Shown here piece by piece: positions 32,101 to 40,342 of a stretch of 40,342 bases of DNA (within the stretch, counting starts at the first letter, position 1; each line of letters opens with the position of its first letter). The notes beneath the pieces are model-generated. The model was given only the letters and a program-made list of their open reading frames with translations, was not told the origin of the DNA and did not search any database. This DNA comes from Thraustochytrium aureum. Its lineage: Eukaryota. Where the stretch lies: positions 95,521-135,862 of the forward strand of contig BLSG01000354.1 in assembly GCA_012862495.1 (NCBI GenBank), read 5' to 3'. Made by a program: the position numbers and the translations under genes.

Positions 32101-34689
32101 GTCGCCTTTTGCGAGTTCGAGCCCCGCGTATCCTCGGTAGCGCTCCCGCTCGCGCTTCATCTGACGCGGCGCGGCGTGATTCGGGAGAAGGAGTGGACGA
32201 CCTGGGAAGAGCAGGCCGTCGATGAGGCAGGCAATCCGCTTTTCGAGCCAGCTCAGCCCGGGGCGGGTCAGGATGCACAAGGTGAGCAGAAGCCCGTCAT
32301 GGTTCAAAGGGGGCGCGGGGCTGATCCAAACGCTGGTCCCGACGTCCTGCAGTGGGCACCCCTGCTCGACGTGCGCGGCAGCGAGCTGGAGCGGTTTCGC
32401 CAAGACGCCGGCCAGACCGCGCTGGCCGTAGCCTGCCAGCTCGAGGTCGAGTCGTGCGGGCTTGTCGCCGCCCTGCTCACGGCGCGTGCGAATGCAGACC
32501 GCCGCGACGAGAGCGGCAAGACGCCGCTAATTCGCGCTGTGGCGTGCGGGCACGTCGAGGTGGCGCGACGCCTCCTCGGCTCGCAGCTGGTCGATGTCGA
32601 CGCAGTCGACAGCGACGGCAACAACGTCCTCAAGTACGCCTTCGCAGCGCGCCCCACGGAATGCGGCGAAGGACGGGTCCTCGAGCTCGTGTCCCTGCTT
32701 GTGGAGCACGGCGCAGACGTCAACCTGTCGGACGCAAGCGGAGGCGACTACCCCTTGCACTGGCTCTCCCGCGGCGTCGAGCTCGAGGCTGTCGTTGGGC
32801 GCGAGCGAGTCACCCTGCGCTCTCCGTCGGCAACAGAGTTCTCAAGCTCGCTTGTCAGCGTGCTTGTGGACGCTGGAGCTGACCTCGACGCGTGCAACTT
32901 GCAGGGCAAGACGGCGCTACTTGCAGCGCTCGAGTGCGGGCGCGGAGACCTGGGCCTTGGCCTGCTGGAGCGTGGCGCATCGCCGAATCTTTGCGATGAT
33001 CGTGGGAACCTGCCGCTACACTATGCCTGCCTTGCAACCTGCGAACAAGCCCCAGCCTTGGTGCAGGCTCTGCTCGGCGCCGGGGCGGGAAAGCCTGTCC
33101 ATCGCGGGGTCTTTTGCGATGAGGGCCGCGGCAAGTCGGTACGGGAAAGGACGCTGTTTCGTGTGAAGCGCGTTTTGGCGCAAGGCCTTCGAGAGGTGGA
33201 GTACCCGAGCGGAATCTGCGAAATACCGCGGTCTCGCGAGGAGCTCTTGGCTTGGGAAAATGACGCGGGCTGGACCCCGATGCACGCGCTCGTTAGCGCT
33301 TCGACAGAGCCTGTCCCGCTCTCCATCGAGGATATCTCGGACGCGTTGGAGAGGCGGGTACGAGACGGTCGCTCGCTGCAGTGTTGCGGCTCGAGTAAGC
33401 AAGGTCCGGCTGGGGTCTCAGCAGGACCGCTGGACGTCTTGGGCGCCGTTGGGGAGGCCGCTGACTTGGCAAGCCTAGTTTCGGTCCGCGGCCCTCAGGG
33501 GCTCACCCCTCTCGCTCTGCTCGCACAGCAGCAGCCAACGAGGTCAGACGTAGAATGCAGCGAGTCAAGTGAGCGAGCCAAATTGGCTAGGGCTTTGGTC
33601 GGTGCTGGTGCGGACCCAGACGCCCTCGACGAGTTGGGGCTGGTCCCTCTTCACTATGCGCTTCTGTCCCGGAACGAGACCATGGCGGCGCTGACCGAGT
33701 CTGCGAGCGCAAACCCTGCAGGCGTCGTGTTCAGCCCCCTACTTTTGCTGGCTGCGAAGGAGGAGCAGTTCATCGATGCTGCGTTGCTGGACTGGTTGCT
33801 CGAGGGGTATGAAGCAACACTGTCGCAGGGCATCACGTCCAGGGAAGGCGCAGTGGTTGAAGGCGTCGCTGACACTGGCATGTCTGGCTTGCTCAGTGGC
33901 ACGCCGCTGACTGTTGCCTCCACATGCGGCGCTTCGAAGCTCGTGGCCAAGATGCTCGAGAGCGCTATGAGCTTTGGGGTCGAGGCTGTGCTCCGCGGAG
34001 TTGAGGCGCGCACTGGGCGGACCGCCCTTCACCTTGCAGCTCTCCATGGGCGCGCTGATTGCGTGCAAGTGCTGGTGTCGCGTGGCGCTGACGTTCAATT
34101 GCTGGACATCTCTGGCGAGACCGCCCTGAGCTGCGCGATTCGAAGCAACTCGTATGCAGCGTTCAAGCTGCTGCTCGGATCGGCCGCGGACGCCCGGGGT
34201 CCCGCGCGGTGTCTAATTGCAGGCGGTGGTGGTGCGGAGTACCTTCGCCTTGCAGAGGAGCTCAACATGCTGCAGGCGGGGCCAAGCGCGTCGGACGACA
34301 TGGTGCTCGACCTCCTCGAAGGCTGCGCGGTCACCGCGGATGGTGCCGATGGGAAGGACGGCGACGACTCGTTCGACTGGGAGCCGCTCCAGTACCTTGC
34401 CAAGGGAGCCGAGCGCGGGAGCTTTGCCGCCGTCGACCACGCGCACCCGTGCTTCGGTCGGGGGATCATGCACCACGAGTGGGTCGCTGCGGTCGCGCGG
34501 GCGATGGAGGCTGAAAGGCGGGAGATTGAACTGGCTGCCACGCGCATCCAGGCCATTCACCGGGGCCGCAGAGCGCGTACCGAAGTAACGATGCGCAAGT
34601 CTTCCAAAAAGGCGACCAGCAAGGCCGAAGAAGGCGACGCGAAAAAGAAGAAGAAGGTCGCAAAGAAGACCAAGAAAAAGAAGCGCTGA
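29147..34689 (+). CDS. Large protein with a helical (ARM/HEAT-like) N-half, ankyrin repeats, an IQ motif and a Lys-rich C-terminus; frameshift near 31440
   Basis: ORFs 27713..31501 (from ATG 29147) and 31510..34689 join at an A/G run. FVRHGAIPALVRLLSSG is ARM-like. Ankyrin motifs GKTPLIRAV..GH.EV...LL, GKTALLAA, GNLPLHYAC, GRTALHLAALHG..DCV.VLV..GADV. IQ motif AATRIQAIHRGRRAR. Confidence 0.8.
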
Positions 34690-35193
34690 GGCGATCAATA
34701 ACAATCAAATACCGTAGTCTCTCGCGTTTTCGCCGTTTTTCGCCGTTTCGCACTTGCTGTGGGGCCTCTGACACGAATCCACACCGAGGCACGCGTCGCT
34801 GCTTCCGAACATGGGTCGGAGCACTTCTACCCATGCACAAGAGACTTTGTAAGACAGCCACGGACAGAGAAGCGACCACGGCACAAGGGACTAGACTCGA
34901 GCATGGTGCAGTGGTGCGGTGTGCTGCCGTATGGTACGGAAAAGTGTCCGGTGTAAACAGGAGCAGGAGCGAGCATATTGGAGAGTTCTCGAGAGAAAGG
35001 TTTGCGAAAATACGGCCCTGGCCAATGAGGTTTCTCAGCACGTGAGCTCGTTCTCTAGAGGAAAAAGAATGAAGCGCGNNNNNNNNNNNNNNNNNNNNNN
35101 NNNNNNNNNNNNNNNNNNNNNNNNNNNNNNNNNNNNNNNNNNNNNNNNNNNNNNNNNNNNNNNNNNNNNNNNNNNNNNNNNNNNNNNNNNNNN

Positions 35194-35941
35194 CTCGGCG
35201 CGGGGGGCTCCGATCGCGCACACGGTAATCGCGGTGCCCATGGTCGCCACGGTCGCCGCGGTCCAGACGGTCTCCACGGTCGCCGCGGTCCAGACGGTCA
35301 CCACGGTCGCCGCGGTCTCCCCGGTCCGCGCGGTCGCCGCGGTCTCCACGGTCTCCACGGTCGCGAGAGCGCGATCGCGGCCGGTAGCGGCGGTCGCGAT
35401 CGTAGTCACGCGGCTCGTCGCGGTAATCGCGGCGGCGGTCGTCGAAACGGTCGCGGTAGCCACGTTGGCGGTCGTCGAACCGGTCGCCGCGCCTGTCGTC
35501 GCCGCGATCACCGCCGCGCTCGTTCATGTGGCGCCCTCGATGCTTCTCTGGGTCGCGTGGCTTTTCTGCAAACTGGACATGCAGCGCGCGTCCTGCGAGC
35601 ATGCTGCCCTCGGCGCGTTCGATGGCACTTTCCGCTTCCTCTTTGGTCATGAACCGCACAAAGCAATACCCGCCAGCCTTGCCGCGTCGCCGTGGGACGT
35701 AGACATCCCCGACGGCGCCAAACTGGTTGAAGTGCTCCCTGATCTCTTCATTATTCGGGTCCGTGCCGACATTATCCACCTTGAGCGTAATCATCTGCTC
35801 CACGTTGGGCGGCGGCCCGCCAGCAGGCCTGCCGGATCCGGCCGCGTCCCGTTCCCCGTTCTCCCTCTTCTCGCCGTTCTCGCCATCGCGCGCCAGGCGC
35901 TCCTCCTCTTGGCCCGCATCGTTACCGCCCGCATCACTCAT
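35194..35941 (-). CDS. SRSF2: SR splicing factor SC35/SRSF2-like; C-terminus in gap
   Basis: GPPPNVEQMITLKVDN..F..FGAVGDVYVPR..GYCFVRF..L.GR.LHVQFA is the SC35-type RRM. It is followed by an RD/RS-rich tail. Confidence 0.82.
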
Positions 35942-36032
35942 CCCCAACCACCAGCCAGCCAGCAGCGAGCTGCCAGCGCCAACAAAGGCGCCGCGCTGTG
36001 CTCGGGAGACCGAGAGACCTGCGCAGGGCTGA

Positions 36033-36070
36033 CTCACTCACTCGCTCACTCACTCACTCACTCACTCACT
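36033..36070. repeat. (TCAC)n microsatellite upstream of SC35
   Basis: Read directly. Confidence 0.9.
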
Positions 36071-36204
36071 GACACCGACCACAGACGGACGCCGCGCTCG
36101 CCCGCTCGCCCGCCAACGCGCTCTGCCGCACCGCAGGATGCTCTGCGAACAGCGCGACCTCGCAGGCGTTCGTTCGGCCCCGCTGCGTCATGGGGGTGGG
36201 GTTG

Positions 36205-36317
36205 GTGACGAGAAGTGCGCCGCAACTGCCTCGCGGTACGCGTTCGTCTGGCGCCGCGGCGTCACGGTGATGGGGCTCGTGACGAGAAGTGCGCCGCAAC
36301 TGCCTCGCGGTACGCGT
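36205..36317. repeat. Two identical 39-bp direct repeats separated by 35 bp in a divergent intergenic region
   Basis: gtgacgagaagtgcgccgcaactgcctcgcggtacgcgt at 36205-36243 and 36279-36317. Confidence 0.92.
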
Positions 36318-36682
36318 GAGGAAGAGTACCGAAGTGACGGGCGCTCGACGGTCGAGGCCGTGGCGCGTGATGATGGGGATGTAAGTGACGAGCTCCGCCC
36401 AGAACGACTCGATGTAGATGCGAATACGCGTCACGAGAGTACCCAAAGCGACGAGAAAAGCACGAAAGCAGTTGCCGATGATGCCACCTCGCTCGTGCGG
36501 CCTTCGCGTCACCGAGGGGTTACGTATGACGAGCGGGGCGTCGAGCAGCGCAGAGCAGAGCAGGAGGCGGAGCAGAGCGAGCAGAGCGGAGCAGGCGGCA
36601 GAGGCGCGTCGCGTCTCGCGGCCGCGTGGTTTGCGGGACGCGTTGCGGGCGCTGCGGCTGGGTTTCGCCTCCATCGCTCGCG

Positions 36683-39600
36683 ATGAAGAAGGGGTTCCTG
36701 CAGCGGCGGCGCCGCACGGGGAGCAGCAGCGGCAACGCGAGCAACTCGATTTCGGCGGCGCCCTCGACGGGAGCCGCTGGAGCGACGAGCGAGGACGCGC
36801 TGCCGCTGTGCGACGCGGAGCTGACTGCGCCGGAGCAGCGCGCTGACGGAGATGAGCCGCGAAGACCGGCCGCCGCGGAGCGCGGCGGCAGACAAGGCCG
36901 GAGGGGCAAGAGTATGGTGGTCAGGGGCGAGGGGACGAGGCTGCGGTGGTCTCGCGGAGGCTTGGAATGGCATTGCAGCGCGATAGGAGGCTGTCGACGG
37001 GGGCAGCGCAGACTCGGGCTGGGCGGATGCAGGCCTCCCGTGCTGCGCCGAACGAGGCGGGCACGAGCGAGCCGTCGAGCGCTGCAGCGCGCACGTTTCG
37101 GGTGATTCGGGCTTCGTACGGCGGGCGAATGGGGTTCGCAAACCGGACGCAGAGCGAGCCGAGGCAGGCGTTCACCCAAGTGCTGCGCGAGATCCGCGCA
37201 GCGTCAGCGACCCCGACGCCCCAGGCCCCGTCGTCGCCGCCGCTCTCATCGGCGCTGGAGATTGGCGAAGCGGAGCAGGAAAGCGAGGCCTCTGGTGGCG
37301 ATCGCGAGGCAGGAGCGCAGCAGGAGCGCAGCGAGGTGGACGGGCATGAGGATGCCACGCACCCCAACAATCGATTCGGCCATGTTGTGAACCGGCTGAT
37401 TCGCGGCACGAGCAGCATCATCGATCGCGGCACAACGAGCCTGGCTAGCAACTTGAACAGGGGCGGGGCGGCCGCAGCGACCGGCACCAGTGTTGCGGCC
37501 CCGGGCGAGTCCCGAGAGAGCGCCGGAGCGGCGCCGACCCAACTGTCTGCCGGTGCAAGTGGGCCAACCAGAACAAGCGCCTTGGAGGCGTCAGGATGCG
37601 GGGGCGCGGGTGCCAACGTTGCGGGAGCCGCCGCCGCCGCGGCCGCCGCCTCCGCCGCAGGAACGGACCCGGCAGACGAGCGAGCTCGCAACATGTTCTT
37701 TTCCCGGCGCATCCACCAAATGCGCAACTCGCCAAAGCGGGCCCCGCGCGCGCTTTCGCCCGAGAGGGAGGCGGAGATGACGTGCTCGATCTGCCTTCAG
37801 TTTTTCGAGAGACCCGTTTTGACGGAGTGCAGCCACCCCTTCTGCTTCGAGTGCCTTGAGCAGTATGCGAGGCACCTCCTGCGAAACGCCTCACAGCAAG
37901 GCAACGAACAGGCAAACCACATCCAAGGCGGGCAACCGGTCCAAGGGCCCCTAGGAGGCCGCGGCCCACGTGGCAGCGACTCGGTCCAGGCCGGCAACGG
38001 AGGCGGTGACGGTGACGGTGGTTTGGGAGTCGTGGCAGGGGCCACAAGCCAACACGCCGCGCCCAACCTGCCGGCTCGCAGGCAGGCCCGAGGGTCCCAT
38101 GTCCTTTGTGCCGGACCCTTTCAAACCCGAGCGCTTCGGCCCGCGATGGAGATCTCGAGCAACATGGAGCGCGCCATGACACAGTGCTCGAATGAAGGCT
38201 GCAAGACCCATTTCCGGCGAGCCAGTCGAAGGCCCACCAGCGCCAATGCGTTTGGGTAGTGGTGAACTGCATGCACGAAGAGGTCGGTTGCGAGTGGCGG
38301 AGCATGAAGCGGTTCTTGGACGACCATCTCGAAGTTTGTCCGTACCACGCCATCCGAAAGTTTTTCCCCAAAGTGTACGGCAAGTTCAACCACGTCCACC
38401 AGCTGGCGCACCAGCTTGAGGGAACCGTTTCGAGGCAGGAGACGCAGCTGCGCTCGCATCAGCAGCACCTCTTCCGGCTCCAGCACCTCAAACCTTACAA
38501 CGTGTGGGACAACGTGTCGATGCTCAACTTGCTGCTGCTCCGCCCGAACCGCCTCAGAGCCTCGCACGCGACTTGGGTGCTTTTTCCTTTCCACCAGCTT
38601 TTGGCAGTCCTCTTCGTGGCGCCGTTCCTCCTCACCGGGATTGCGCTAAGTACAGGTCTGCTCAGCGAGGTGCCTGTCGACGCGGTTTTCAAGATTCGAG
38701 AGGACGACACGCTCGAGCAGATCGCAGAGCGTTTCGTCAACTTTACCATGTACTTACCCTCAGCCCGAACCGTGGCGGGGCCGACCCGGGGGCCTGCAGT
38801 GGCGCCGCCCCCGGCTTCGTTTCGTGCAATGGTGTGGGACGAGTTCGGGACGTCGATGCGCATGGGGATCTGCGGAGGCGCCTCGACTGCTTCATTCCTT
38901 TGCTTCACCGTGCCCTGCGTGGTGATGGCAATGGTGGTGCTGTGGCTCATCGAGCTCGTCCTGCTCGAGGGAACTTTTACAACGTACAAGCCGCTGTTTT
39001 TCCACATGCAGATCAACCACCACGTCCGCATCGACCCAGGGCAGCAAGGGCGGCCGCCATCCACGGCTCATTCGACCACCACGCTGCTACAACCGGGACC
39101 GGCTGCAGATTTGCCTGGCGGCAGCACGGATGAGTGGCTTGCCCTTGGAGACGGTGGGCAGGCCCACGGCAGCGCGCAGGCAGCACCGACCGGTCAGCAG
39201 CCGCAGCAGATTCATTCGCCACAGCAGGCGCCGCCGCCGCAGCAAAACGAGCTGAATCAGAGCACCACGAACCAAGCGACTGCCGACTCGGCCAGTCGCC
39301 AGCGCTCCGAGCCGCAGAGCGCGCTGGACGAACTGAATGACGTTGCCGAATGGAGGATCAAGTATGGTAACTTCGTGCCTGGTCAGTGCCTGCTGTTTTT
39401 CTCCGTCGTGGCGATCATGGCGCAGGCAACCTGGTGGTACCAGGCCCTGACACTGGTATACTTGGCTTTGCCCATGGCGCTCGCGGACGCTGTGATCCGG
39501 TCAAAGTTCAAGCTCCCGGTCAGCGCGGGGACTACCGTGGGCATTTGCTGCGCGTGGATTGACTACCGCATCCTGGCGGGCATTGCGGGCGGGCTCGTGC

Positions 39601-39863
39601 TGCAGTCCTTTGGGCTCAAGACAAACCCTTTCCGCCGTGGCGCGTCCTGGGTGGACGTGGCCATCGGATTGGTGCTACCCCTCGCGCTTGTGGCGCTGCT
39701 TTGTCCGCCAGCGTATGTTGTGGCTCTGTCGCTCGTTTACATCGTCAGTCTTGGCGACTTGGCGGTGTACGGTGCTGTCCGGCGGCGCCTTGTGCAGAGC
39801 ATTCAGTCGCACACGCCAAGCCTGCTGTCCGCACAATGTACGTTGTCAGCGCGGGTGCACTAG
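36683..39863 (+). CDS. RING (C3HC4) + TRAF/SINA-type zinc fingers + coiled coil + multi-pass membrane protein; several frameshifts 38090-38220; start tentative
   Basis: CSICLQFFERPVLTECSHPFCFECL at about 37780. CPLCR lies in another frame at 38100. CSNEGC...H..QC...VNC.HEEVGCEW....LDDHLEVCPY, then a coiled coil and many hydrophobic helices in ORF 38259..39863. Confidence 0.75.
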
Positions 39864-39975
39864 CAGGGCTGGCGTGGCGCACGTTTACGTTGGTGACGCT
39901 GCGGTCGCTTCGCTCCTAAGGGCAGCGCGCACGACGCAATCGCACATCCATGGTGTTTCGGCATGGTGTTACTAG

Positions 39976-40342
39976 TTAGGGAGAGGTCTCAAACTTTACC
40001 AAAGATTTGACTGTCGCCTTAGGCAGCCTGTGCCGGGGCATCTCTGCGCGCGCGAAGGCCGCGTGCTGACGAGCCCCCGGACCCGTCCAGTAAGAACCGG
40101 ACTGACACAACCGAAATGTCTGAAGGTGGCTACGAGCCTGACGAACAATGGCCTTGCGATCCTGACACGGAAAAATCTCCGTGACACACTTGATGACGAT
40201 CACCCGCAGAGACGAGATCCTGCGCTCGAGCTCCATCAAGCAGTTTGTTCCGGTTCCCCATGCGGACGCTCCGGTTGGAGTCCGCCCACTTGGCACGGGG
40301 TCAAGGCCCCGCCCTACCCCAGACGGCGTCCCAAGAGGGCGG
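39976..40342 (-). CDS. Possible 3' end of a hypothetical gene
   Basis: ORF 39976..40296 converges on the RING gene; no recognisable motif. Confidence 0.2.
   Translation of the reverse strand, partial: RPLGTPSGVGRGLDPVPSGRTPTGASAWGTGTNCLMELERRISSLRVIVIKCVTEIFPCQDRKAIVRQARSHLQTFRLCQSGSYWTGPGARQHAAFARAEMPRHRLPKATVKSLVKFETSP

Noticed and set aside
36205..36317. Repeat-spacer-repeat (39/35/39 bp) with CRISPR-like dimensions
   Set aside because: Only two repeats, no cas genes, and a eukaryotic context with spliceosomal introns. A local promoter duplication explains it better.
4421..38220. Programmed ribosomal frameshifting as a general mechanism
   Set aside because: Mixed +1/-1 directions, no shared slippery motif, and association with homopolymers in a gapped draft.

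Overview
Gene-dense, GC-rich, intron-poor eukaryotic genomic DNA from a gapped draft assembly (N-gaps plus many 1-bp frameshifts). The short GT(A/R)AGT...CTGAC...YAG introns, (GGCA)n/(CAG)n microsatellites and gene set suggest a protist, possibly a labyrinthulomycete/thraustochytrid-type stramenopile (inference only). Genes in order: 7TM-RGS (5' truncated), TspO/MBR-like membrane protein, G-protein alpha, mitochondrial carrier, NWD1/2-like DUF4062-NACHT-WD40 STAND protein, an unusual multidomain gene, OGDH E1, FAM192A/PSME3IP1, WDR43/UTP5, ornithine/carnitine-type mitochondrial carrier with a 20-nt micro-exon, a large helical/ankyrin/IQ protein, SC35/SRSF2, and a RING-TRAF-zinc-finger multi-pass membrane protein. 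The best candidate for an undescribed system is the gene at about 13.6-17.8 kb. It appears to encode one polypeptide joining a papain/Josephin-like Cys protease, a ThiF/E1 adenylation domain and a SelO-like kinase-fold domain, and it lies directly downstream of the NLR-like STAND gene. All domain calls come from motif recognition by eye; no database search was run.
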